Origin: Octopus vulgaris
Taxonomy: Eukaryota
NCBI GenBank assembly: GCA_951406725.2
Contig: OX597816.1
Span: forward strand, 95,232,001-95,296,000
Direction: 5' to 3'
Length of the DNA stretch: 64,000 nucleotides
Of this stretch, positions 26,145-37,717 are shown in pieces. Made by a program: the position numbers and the translations under genes. Position 1 is the stretch's first letter. Each line of letters opens with the position of its first letter. The notes beneath the pieces are model-generated. The model searched no databases. It was not told the DNA's origin and was given only the letters and a program-made list of their open reading frames with translations.

Positions 26145-27644
26145 TAATCTAGCTTGATAAAACTCAAATATTGTTTCCAGACCTGCCAAATTATTTTAAT
26201 TCAACCTTGGTCCCAATAATTCTCGAGAAGATCTACATTTAATATAGATTTGGTATAAGTTTCAATCGCTCTTGATTTAGCAGGTCGCATGTAAGTTTCA
26301 TTCTCAATGATTCTTTCTGATATGCAGCTCACAGATTCATCGATGGCATATAACTTATTAATTACAGAAAGATTTTGTTACGATGAAGTAGAAATCTTAG
26401 GGTTGGGGACGAGTTTGGTGTAATCGATTTTCGATATGGACTCTGAGATATACACAGAAATAGCCATCATACAAATATAGCAATTTTCAAAACGCTATCA
26501 GTTCTCTTCAGATCATTATCATATCCCTTTTCTTTTTCCTTTGGTCCACTGTCTGAGAATTGCTATATAGTTTCAGTATACTGTGTAAAGAACCCAATGT
26601 CACCCCCAAAATACATAAAATTTGGTATCCTAAGAATATTTTTAACAAATTGATTTACTGTCGCAAAAAGGATTCGCAAATTTAACAGAATATATCAAGG
26701 CAGAAAATCCACTCCCTACGTCTATATCTATTAAAAGTTTATTTTACTCACATAATCATTCAAAGTTTACACTTTGTTCTTCACTAGAAGGAGCTTATGT
26801 GCTTTACAGCATTTTCCCATTCAAAACCAATTTGATTTGATACTTACTTTATCTTAAAAGGTACGCTTTTGGTTCTATACTATACTCCATATCTTATAAT
26901 GGTGCAGGTATTTGTATATATTTTTATTATTAGTCTATTACCCGATTGTTTTGTCCTCTGATATTTTCACTATAATATAGCAGCTAGGCAGTTGTGCTAT
27001 TTTGTATTTTCATTGAATAGAATAGTCCAAAATATCGAATAAATAGCATTATTAATTTTTCTGAAGTGTCAAACACTGGTAATTTTGCACATACAGGTAC
27101 GACTTCGATTTTCTGGAAACTTTTGTCCTAAGATTTTGCAACTTTTCCGAACTAGGAGTGGTCATTTTAGTCAACACAGTGTAATTTAAACAAATATTTA
27201 ATTCACTTAAATAATTAAATGCTACAACGGTATTTGTACACTTGAATAAATTAGTGCGGTTTATAAGAGATTCCAGACTATCAGTGTTCGAAAAATTGGT
27301 GATGTACATACAGTGCTGGCGAATAAAATTGATATGTTATACAAAAGGTTAGACAGAAGGTGTCTTAAGATTAGTCTAAACCCAGTTTACATAAAATGTT
27401 TCCAACAAATGATATATATCATATCCCTATTGAAGGAAATTCTCACAGTGGTGGCTGTATATTCCTATTCAGAAAATTATCCTCTGTTTACGTAACACCT
27501 TCAAAGTACAGGGAAAAACACCTGGTGAAAAAAATTCTCACCTTTTGTTATGGTCTGTGGAACTTATAAACTCCAGTGCTTACCGCAAGTGAAAATACAA
27601 CTACTTCAACTCTCTCTCTATCTCTCTCTCTTTCTCTCTCTCTC

Positions 27645-28052
27645 TACTCTTTTACTCTTTTACTTGTTTCAGTCATTTGACTTCGGCCATGCTGGGGCAC
27701 CGCCTTTAGTCGAGGAAATTGACCCCAGGACTTATTCTTTGTAAGCCTAGTATTTATTCTATCGGTCTCTTTTGCCGAACCGCTAAGTTACGGGCACATA
27801 AACATACCAGCATCAGCTGTCAAGCAATGTTTGGTGAGGGGGGCAAACAGACACACAAATACAAACACATATATATATATACATATACATATATACGACG
27901 GGCTTCTTTCAGTTTCCGTCTACCAAATCCACTCACAAGGCTTTGGTCGGCCCGAGGCTATAGCAGAAGACACTTGCCCAAGGTACCACGCAGTGGGACT
28001 GAACCCGGAACCATTTGGTTGGTAAGCAAGCTACTTACCACACAGCCACTCC
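27645..28052 (-). mobile_element. tRNA-derived SINE family A, full length
   Basis: Same architecture. Tail ggcggtgccccagcatggccgaagtcaaatgactgaaac plus (gtaaaaga)n. Confidence 0.92.
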
Positions 28053-29579
28053 AATCCTTTTCTCATTTTTTTTCTCTTGCTTTTCCCACTCTGTTCTAAA
28101 TTTCGCTAATGCTCTTGCTTTTTCTTTGCCTTGAAGAAAAATGTTCAACCCTCATTACTAACAACTCCGTATTTTTCAACCCTCTCGAAATTAGGGTGGA
28201 AGAAGGGAGTCAGCTATCTACATTTCGGACTTGGTTCCAACGTTTGTAATTGAGTGAACTCTAGTAAAGACCCCGTAGTCGGATCTAAACCGAATGACAA
28301 ATTACGTCAAACATTCAGTTACTTTTATAGAGTAACGTATGAAAAAATAAAACACAAAAAAAAAACTTGAGTATCGTGTTCGAAGGGAAACAAAATTTAC
28401 CTATCTAGCTCTCAATAAAAGCCTGTGGCCCTATTAAAAGGTAAGTATAATTATTACAACGTATGAGCGTGAAACAAACTGAAAATGGAGAGACACTGTT
28501 ACAATATTTACAACATGGCATTTCAAGTGTTTCTGCTGGAATATAAATAACATTCAGTAATATCTTTCCTAAAATTATGTTTTTGCACTTGGAGGTTACC
28601 ATTTTTAGGGTTAATGATCACATTTAACGTTTGTGAAATTGCGAGTGTAAATATTCTGAGAAACACATTTGAACATTGGGTTAGGTCATACATCTCACGC
28701 GTATTCAAAGATCACAAATTCAAATAATATTGCTGAAATGCCTGAAGTGTTAATCAACTAAAACATAACCGCCATATTCATTGCAAAGCTACGATTTACA
28801 GCTTAAGTAGTGACTCCCTCTTAAAATATATTGATTTTCTGTTGCTTTAATCAAGAAGGATCCATATCTCTAATATCTACAATATCTAAGGGACGCTCCT
28901 GTGCAACAGAGGTAATTATTTGGAAACAAAGAATAAATCTTTCAAATATGCACCAACACACATACAAACGCAAACGCTCATGATATTCAGAATAAATTTG
29001 ACATATTATCAATATTGTGTCACTTTAATTCATAACTGAATTGTAGCTTTCTTTCTGTAAGATTTTTAATAAAGATTGGAGATTTATTTTGTTTCATTTA
29101 TGCAATAAATATTTAGCTGACGAAGATGGACAGTCTACTTAAGAGAATAATGCAAAAACAACAAACAAGCCTAAAAAAAAAGGACGAAAAGTAAAACCAA
29201 GTCTTCATTTTACAGAACAAAATTTCTGAATAAGACAAATAAGAGAGAAAAAATATTCTGTTTTTACGATAAAATATCTTATTTTTTATTGTTGCTGCTG
29301 CTTTTAGCCCCAGGTTTGCTCATAACAAAACGAGAAACGTCGATATATTTTCATAAAATATATGATGTACAGTATTTATGAATAAAGAAGAGGAAGTGAA
29401 ATAGAAATAATGAATTCATTACTTACAGACCAAAAATATACACAATGTACTCACACGAAAACTTTAGAACAGATGTATACTTGTCTTTATATCTGTACAC
29501 ATACATATACGCATATATACACACCTAAAAACACATATAGACATATTATAGATATATGTATATGTATAGATATATGTAG

Positions 29580-29770
<191 letters not shown>

Positions 29771-30264
29771 ATTTATTGATACCTACTCTCCTGGACACTT
29801 TTTCCCGCTTGGGTTAGTATATTTTTCTCTGCTCTTGTCTTACGTTTCCTCCACGTAATTTTCTAGTACTCTATTACTGTACCAATCCTATTACTTTCCA
29901 CAAAGAAAATTAAAAACAAAAGAAGACAAAAGAAAGCGAATAAAAAAAACAAAGCAAAAACAAAAAAAGAAACAGAATTGTATTTGTGTATAGCACTGCG
30001 ACCGGTTTAGTATAATTGGTTAATTTTAATTAATTTAACTTTAAATTTCAAGCTTAATCTTATCAATCGCACTAAGAAGGTATAAACCAATCCAAGCCAT
30101 AAAATTTTACTTCTCTCGAAAAACTTGAGTTGTCGTTTCCTGAACTCGGGACGTCAATATCTCAGCTCCGATCTCACCCAGTAGTTTTGCTTCTGCCGGT
30201 GATATATATACATATTCATATTACATATATGTGTAAGAAAATCTCATCCCGCAATCGAAGCAAT

Positions 30265-30446
30265 GAAATAGCCTACCTGGTCGCTCGACACGCTAAAAGT
30301 AGCAGCCAAAGTATCCCTTACCTAAATCACACGCCCATTGTACGTAATGTCCTAGATTATCCCTGAAAAGACGGTTTGCTGAAGGCTAGAATGTCTTTGA
30401 TGATAGGATTGCAGTATCAGAGTTAATTTGAGGCTAAATAACAACA
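30265..30446 (+). repeat. Unclassified interspersed repeat with CAA-like tail (similar copies near 42820-42990 + and 17650-17735 -)
   Basis: Shared agtagcagccaaa..aaatcacac..gaatgtctttgat..ggctaaa motif order. Confidence 0.5.
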
Positions 30447-31239
30447 TTCTGGTAAATTTCTATATCAACACCTGCATCTTTTTCACTAAGATCCCACCCC
30501 AAATTCATTTTTTACGTGAATTCACCTCCTAATATGATGCAGATCCTTTATTTTGGTTCGGAAAAAAGGGGTGGGGGAGCACCCCATTCCCGGAATCATT
30601 GGAATTCTTTTCTTTCGTTGAATGAATTCCTGTGACCTCCTAATATCGAAAAATTAGGTTACTTAAGGTGAACCTGGTAACTGATGTTTTTGGGGTCTTG
30701 TTGTTTGTAACTTTTGGTGAGCCATGGTGCAACCAACAACATGATAAAAATCCCTGCCATTAATTTGGTGTGGATGGGTAATATCAAATAATCCAATCAC
30801 AACATATATTTAAATTAAACACGAAAAAAATTGAAATATTGTCATTCAGTATTTTATAAGGTAAAATCTTAAATTATTAATTGACACATTATTAATTATC
30901 TTATAACAGCAATGCTTAGAAAAATCATGGATTAAATGGAAAAATGCGAGCATGAAATGTAATATTTTTAAAGATTATAAACCTGGAAAAGTACAGGACA
31001 AGTTATTACACCTATAAAAGTATAGGACAAGCTAGTACTTCTAGTAAAGCAAAGAATAAGAAACATTTTACTTAAAATATTACAGCTAAATTTAAATTTG
31101 AATATTACAGCTTATTTTATTATAGTTTACAAATAACGCTATGCATATTTAATTGAATGTATAAGTCATAATTAAACTAGTTACTGTAGAATAATTCAAA
31201 TGCGAATGGTTCAAAATCTGCGAGGCAGCTGTTCCGGAG

Positions 31240-32140
31240 AAAGTGGTGTCCTCTAATTCGCCAAAAGAAATTTGACCAGGTGTTTGCATTTGCTGAAAAT
31301 CTTGGATCTGGAATTCAGTAGTACTATAGAATTTATAGATCTAAAAAGAAAATGTGATCTTTCAGTTATACGTGAGGTGCATTTCTTAGATCCATTAACA
31401 TGTGGCATTGATTTCTCTACGAATCTCCACTTGATTGAATGTGATAAGCAGATGGTCTTCAAACCCCAAACGTGGCTAGCCAACTTACTTTTGTCGATGT
31501 GCCGGAAAGAAGATAGGTGGTTTGTATATAACGTCTTTTGAAATCGCCTTTACATAACCCGATGTGAATTTTCTTTTCAGTTAGGTTATCTTGAAGCGTT
31601 GCTCTGACTTCTGCCTCATGTACGACGGAGTTTATCACATACGTCTTGTCAAGTGGGCAGGCTTCAAGGTCTTGACAATTAAAACTACTAGTGTGCTCTT
31701 GGTGACGCTTACGAGTAATAATGTTCTTCAACTGTATGATATTTTAATCTAGCGTCTGTTATGTACATTTAAAAGAAACAAAACTTTCTTGCCTACGTTA
31801 GTTTTAACATTTAGTGAGAAATTGTGTGTGTGGAGAAAAGTATATTATTTTCCTATGAAAAGTATATTATTTTTCCTATTTTGTGTTTCATATTTCTACT
31901 TGAAGGTTTGTAATATATCTTATCTTGGAAGCCACTGTTAGATAGGGAACTGTAATAGTTGGGGCTTCTTTATCAAATATTTATTTAGAAGTGAGATTAG
32001 ATATCCTATTATAAATATTAGCTTTTAGGCTTTTAAACACTACAAGGGGTGGCAGGACACTTTGTGTCTGTAGGAGAGCTTCTCTCGTTTGGCTTACGGT
32101 TTATAAGAGCGAGAGTCTAGATATAGGGAAACATGTAAAA
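31240..32140 (-). mobile_element. Penelope-like element fragment (RT C-terminus, Cys linker, GIY-YIG endonuclease; Neptune-like)
   Basis: Broken translation RKPNE..SCHP..NRISNL..RKIIYFSP..FSLNVKTNVGKK..IKISYS; FNCQ..ACPLD..VVHEAEV..IHIGLCKGDFKRRY; IKWRF..LLNSRSKIFSKCKH. Confidence 0.88.
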
Positions 32141-32332
32141 AAAAATCAAAAAAATAAATTTTTGGCAAAACTGATATTGGAGCCAAATTGACTAAACGTA
32201 TCAATGAGATTTTACTTAAATTTGTCGAGAGTGTGACCATCAAAGCCCTGAGATATTCTCACCCCATCATTTTGGCATAGACTTCCGCGCACGTGCGCAC
32301 ACATGTGTATATATGTATATGTGTAAATATAT

Positions 32333-32389
<57 letters not shown>

Positions 32390-32537
32390 AAAAGCAATAA
32401 AGATTCAAGTTAATTTAAATGAATTAACTTGAATATGGTACCTAACTTAGATGCACCAAAAGAAAACTATACTGATTTAACAATACAGTAATGTGGGGTG
32501 ATTATAAGCGAGAAAGAAGCAACAAGAATGGATAGGT

Positions 32538-32628
32538 TTTTAGTACAATCGTTTCATACAAGGACAGGCTTTATTAAAAGTTGCAAAAATTACAGCATAT
32601 AAACGTGTCCCGTACTCATCAGCTAAAA
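32538..32628 (-). ncRNA. Type I hammerhead ribozyme (P1 left arm)
   Basis: Reverse complement of the 32878-32967 motif. Confidence 0.8.
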
Positions 32629-32877
32629 TACATGTGAGTTCTCTAGACATCCTAGTGGTTGAGGCTATACTCATGAAGTAATGTAGATAATTAAGTAACA
32701 TAAACAGATTTCCAAAGTTCATTAAAGTTCATTAAAGATGATGTACAGTCTTATCATAGAATTTTAAAAAGTTTTAATAGCATCACAGAGAAGGTGACCT
32801 GTTTATGTTACTTAATTATCTACATTACTTCATGAGTATAGCCTCAACCACTAGGATGTCTAGAGAACTCACATGTA

Positions 32878-32967
32878 TTTTAGCTGATGAGTACGGGACA
32901 CGTTTATATGCTGTAATTTTGCAACTTTTAATAAAGCCTGTCCTTGTATGAAACGATTGTACTAAAA
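32878..32967 (+). ncRNA. Type I hammerhead ribozyme (P1 right arm)
   Basis: ttttag-CTGATGA-gtacgggaca..tgtccttgtat-GAAA-cgattg-TA-ctaaaa: 6-bp stem I, core, stem II, short stem III, GUA cleavage triplet ending at 32961. Confidence 0.82.
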
Positions 32968-32991
32968 ACCTATCCATTCTTGTTGCTTCTT

Positions 32992-32995
<4 letters not shown>

Positions 32996-33062
<67 letters not shown>

Positions 33063-33103
33063 CATATATAAATATATATGTATATGTATATACAACATAT
33101 CCA

Positions 33104-33198
<95 letters not shown>

Positions 33199-33200
33199 AT
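32996..33200 (+). repeat. (TA)n plus (ATCT)n microsatellite
   Basis: Directly visible. Confidence 0.95.
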
Positions 33201-33679
33201 ATTCCCAGACTGCATGTATACATATATATTTGTAAATGTAGTTATGGACACGTAGTTATGACTGCTCTCAAAGGAGAAAGCGTGTGCGACAAATCTTAGT
33301 GAAAGCTGGTGCTTTAAATTCCGTTGCCAAATAATGGACGTGTGGGAAGTGAAGTCACGTGACTGATACACATTGCTCTCACAATTTTTTGAAATAATAC
33401 ACTGAACGATATTGATTTTTTTAGTCTAGATTGCTAGATACTATAAAATATATATACATGAACAACATACTAATACTATACTTTACAAAGGCTACATACT
33501 TTTTTATAGATATGTGCTAGACAAATGATGCATATTATAATAATGTGTAGGACAGTATCGTGATGAAAAGCCATAGATTGCTGCACAAAATGCAACAAAT
33601 GCAATCTGTGTCCAACACTCGACAGTGTAATCAACTGGGTCATATATATGATTGCTTACACCTCAGCACTCATTATCAT

Positions 33680-33846
33680 GGTGCAGTCGTGCTTGTGTGG
33701 TAAGCCATTTGCTTCCCACTGACCTGGTTCTGAGTTCCGTCCCACTGTGTGGTACCTTCAGCAAGTTACTTCTACTATAGCCCCGGACCGACCAAAGCCT
33801 TGTGAGTAGACTTAGTAGACAGAAACAAAAAGAATCTTGTCGTATA
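33680..33846 (+). mobile_element. SINE family A, 5' half
   Basis: Aligns to the head of the 27645-28052 copy and ends at the central microsatellite. Confidence 0.85.
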
Positions 33847-33897
33847 CATACATACATACATACATACATACATACATACATACATGAACGCACGCAT

Positions 33898-33949
<52 letters not shown>

Positions 33950-33978
33950 AAGAAAAAAGCAACAAGAATGGATTAGTT

Positions 33979-34069
33979 ATTCAGTACAATTGTTTCATAC
34001 GAAGAACAGCTTTATTAAAAGCTGCAAATATTGCAGCAAATACAAGTGTCCCGTATTCATCAGCCAAAA
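33979..34069 (-). ncRNA. Type I hammerhead ribozyme (P2 body arm)
   Basis: Minus strand: ttttgg-CTGATGA-atacgggaca..tgttcttcgtat-GAAA-caattg-TA-ctgaat. Stem III is palindromic. Confidence 0.8.
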
Positions 34070-35500
34070 CACATATGAGTTTTCCAAGCATCCTAGGGGG
34101 TGAGGCTACACTAATGAAGTATCGAAGAGAGTTCTATAAAAAGTTAGATTGTAAGCAGAATTCAAAAGTTCTCTAATGATGCACACTTTTATAAAAGGTT
34201 TTAAAAAAAGTTTGTTAGCTTCACAGAAAAGGTAAATCCATCCATAATAATGCAGATGTAATTTCCGGAGATATGAGGAGATATTTCATACTCAGAGACG
34301 ATGAATTTATCCATAATAATGTAGATGTAATTTCTGATATATGAGAAGATGCTGATCCCATTTCTGTTCATTTCACAAAACTACTATGCTAGAAGAAGAG
34401 ATTGACTATATTGGCTAAAAGAAGTTAGTGAAGCAGAAAACCGCCCAAATAGGGCATTATGGGACAAATGAAAGGAAGGGGTGTAAGTACACAACCTACA
34501 AAGAATAGTTTATTTCTGTGGTGACAGAAAATCTAGGTCAGAGTTGCAGGAATCTGAGATTTATAAAAGAGAACATTACTTTTGACCAGCATACAGCTGT
34601 TAACTGCCAATCCTACATAGTTAAAAGCAGATAAAAGAATATAAAGAGAACAAAAGATAGTATCAAAGGGGTCAAAGGCTATCAGTAGAGGAAAATACAT
34701 TAAGAGGTTTAAGTGCAATACTAGAACGGGAGGTTATTTATTTATTTATTATTGTTACTATTTATACAAAAGTTTATACATTGTAAGACAGACTTTAGGT
34801 CTATACCTAGAGGTCAATTAATTTCTATAGTAAAAGGTGTGAGAGTATTGTTTATTCAAAAAATAGTGAAAATCATAGTGAAAATTCCTTATATTATTAT
34901 TAAGAGAGTAGCATTACTTATTAAACTTAGAATAGAATTAGGAAGTATTAGCAACTTATTTGATTTAAGTTGGGTTAATTAAATTAGATTAAAATTAGAT
35001 TAAATTAAATTAACTATATAGTCAATTAAAATTTTTGGCAACGTACAAATACTATTTATTTCTTTGTGTTCTAAAACAGGTACAGTTAAAAAGAAAGAAC
35101 ACCGGTGGAAGAGCTAACAGATATCTATTTAAAATATGTTAGAGTTTTGCTTTTTTAGTAAAAACAAGATAGACCTAGCTCCAAACGATTATTCTATACG
35201 ATTTTTATTTAAAATATTTAAGAGTCTTAATTTTCGAGTGAATACAAAATAGACATAATTCTATACCGTTATTTAACAAATTTTTATTTTTCCTATGCCT
35301 TAGAATTTCATAATTCTCCATGGAGCAGAGTTGGCAACCTACCCTGTTATTTCTATAAGGCATCGCTCTTCTAACTATTTCCCAATTAAAGTTATATTTA
35401 ATATTATTATTATTTTTATTATTATATTTAATATTATTATTATTTTTATTATTCATGAGTGTAGCCTCACCCCCTAGGATGCTTGGAAAACTCATATGTG

Positions 35501-35591
35501 TTTTGGCTGATGAATACGGGACACTTGTATTTGCTGCAATATTTGCAGCTTTTAATAAAGCTGTTCTTCGTATGAAACAATTGTACTCAAC
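35501..35591 (+). ncRNA. Type I hammerhead ribozyme (P2 inverted arm), stem I weakened
   Basis: ttttgg-CTGATGA-atacgggaca..tgttcttcgtat-GAAA-caattg-TA-ctcaac. Confidence 0.72.
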
Positions 35592-35832
35592 AACTAATCC
35601 ATTCTTGTCGCTTTTTTCTTGTTTATAATCACCCCACATTATTTTATGGTTAATACCATATAGATTTCTGGTGCAAATAAGTTAAGTACCGCATTCATGT
35701 GAATTCATTGGAACTCACTTGAATCTTAATTGTTTTTACTGATATATATATATATATATATATAAATTAATTTTTACGAATGAGTGGACAAACGAAAGAA
35801 AGGGGTACACAAAACATTTAGTCGTAGCTACA

Positions 35833-36320
35833 TATTATTATTATTATTATTATTATTATTGAGTGAGAAAATATACGAAGCCCAGTATACCCATTATGAC
35901 TACCCGTCTGATAAGGGTACACCAGGCACATGCATCACAACCATATGTGCGCGATATGGTGATCTCATGTCAAGATAAACAGTGCATGACCTTGCAGGTG
36001 GGGCCCAGTTAGAATTTCCTTCTGGTCAAGCAACCCATCCCGCTCAAAAGGTCCCTGATAAGGGTTGTTTAAGGATGTTGAGCGAAACACCCATGTTTTC
36101 AGATGTGAATTATTCAAACCCCAAAGTCCTCTTCCCCCTATTTTTCTTGGTACATACAGTCTGTCTGTGTCACTTTTTGGGTGGAGTGACTCATATCTCG
36201 TTAGCAACTTCCTTGTCTTTCTGTCTGAGCTGTTTATTTCATCTACTGTCCAATCGAAGGAGTGAAACCGCCCAGCTGTTTATAGCTTTGATCTTATTCC
36301 AAAATTTATTTTTCACAAGG
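35833..36320 (-). mobile_element. R4/Dong-type RT fragment fused to a non-coding (TAA)n-tailed segment
   Basis: NKIKAINSWAVSLLR..LHPKSDTDRLYVPRKIGGRGL (36320-36125), then ~265 nt non-coding, then (TAA)n at 35835-35860. Confidence 0.75.
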
Positions 36321-36404
36321 GCAAAGGATATGGGAGACAATACAGAGGCTGACAAATAGTAGGGGTTTACATATAATAATGAAATTTTTAAAAATACTGT
36401 TTTC

Positions 36405-36570
36405 TTTATTTGCGTACCATAACATAGTTATTCGGCGATAGGGAACGATGCAATAAGTACCAGGCTTAAAAAGTAAGTAGAACGGTCGATTTTTTCGACT
36501 AAGCCCTTCAAGACGCTGCCCCAGTAGGACCGCAATCCAATGGCTGAAACAAATAGAAGATAAGAAAGAA
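36405..36570 (+). mobile_element. SINE family A, degenerate 3' half
   Basis: aataagtaccaggctt..ggtcgatt..cgactaa..ccccagtaggaccgcaatccaatggctgaaacaa. Confidence 0.7.
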
Positions 36571-37332
36571 GAAATTTGGGCCAGTGAAATTGCTTGAATG
36601 ATTAACTCAGGAGAGTGCCGGATAAAATACCTTGCAGTATTATTGAGCTATATCTCTCTAGAGTCAGAATTTAATTTGAGATGTATTGAACTTCGCTGGT
36701 CACTCTTTCTAGCTGTTAAATTAAATTTAGCAGTCAAAGAGTAGGATCGATTTAATCGATTCATGATTTCCTTTTCAAAGTTTTGCCATTCTGCCTTTCA
36801 TGAAAATCAGTATAATAATACGCATTGGAATAATACATAGCACGCATAGTCTACGACTTCGAACCGGTTTCATTTCCTATAGAAGCTATTTCACGTCACA
36901 TCACTTACGTGATCACTACATTATGGGAAGCATGATAACGATAATCAATGATCTATTTTCCCGAAAATCGTGTGTGATTAGAAAAAAAGCCTTCACGTAC
37001 GACTGAGAGTTAAAGTATTTAGTATCATCTTTCCAGAGTGAGAAAAAATGACAATCAGTCAGATAATGGGATTCATAACTCGATCACAATACAATATATC
37101 GGTGTTATAGTTATAAATTTTGAATGAGGTTGAATAAGATGTAAGCTGTTGAAAAATTGTGGATATTCACTAGAAATGATAGAAGAATAATGATATGATC
37201 TGAGTTGACAAATACTAAATTGGAAAAACATAGTGCATACTCTTGTACTTTACATCTATACACGGCCGCGCATATATACATATATACATGCATACACTCA
37301 CAATCATATATGTGTATACATGTATATATATG

Positions 37333-37522
<190 letters not shown>

Positions 37523-37627
37523 TACCTATAATTCGTATTGCATGGCAACTTTGGCACGTTTCTTTTACTATAGTCTTGAGACGATCCATGTCTTCTGAGT
37601 GAATCTAATACATATATAAAAGCATAT

Positions 37628-37716
<89 letters not shown>

Positions 37717-37717
<1 letters not shown>

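Larger units (their letters stand above)
32387..32995. mobile_element. PLE-derived fold-back insertion P1 with asymmetric inverted arms, flanked by (TA)n on both sides
   Basis: Arms 32510-32707 and 32799-32995 are reverse complements apart from one A/T run-length difference seen by eye. Homologous to the ends of the GIY-YIG-bearing element at 33943-35742. Confidence 0.9.
33943..35742 (-). mobile_element. 5'-truncated Penelope-like element P2: GIY-YIG C-terminus, ~1.2-kb 3'UTR and an inverted terminal arm, within (TA)n
   Basis: 35205-35400: WEIVRRAMPY..CQLCSMENYEI..LLN..ELCLFCIH. Inverted arms 33943-34117 and 35452-35616. (TA)n on both sides. Confidence 0.88.

Noticed and set aside
31215-31240. 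GGAA-cagctg on the minus strand after the PLE stop codon as a hammerhead
   Set aside because: No CUGANGA core and no stem I nearby
32387-32995. MITE or CRISPR interpretation of the inverted arms
   Set aside because: The arms are asymmetric, contain ribozyme cores and are homologous to a GIY-YIG element. There is no repeat-spacer array anywhere in the window.
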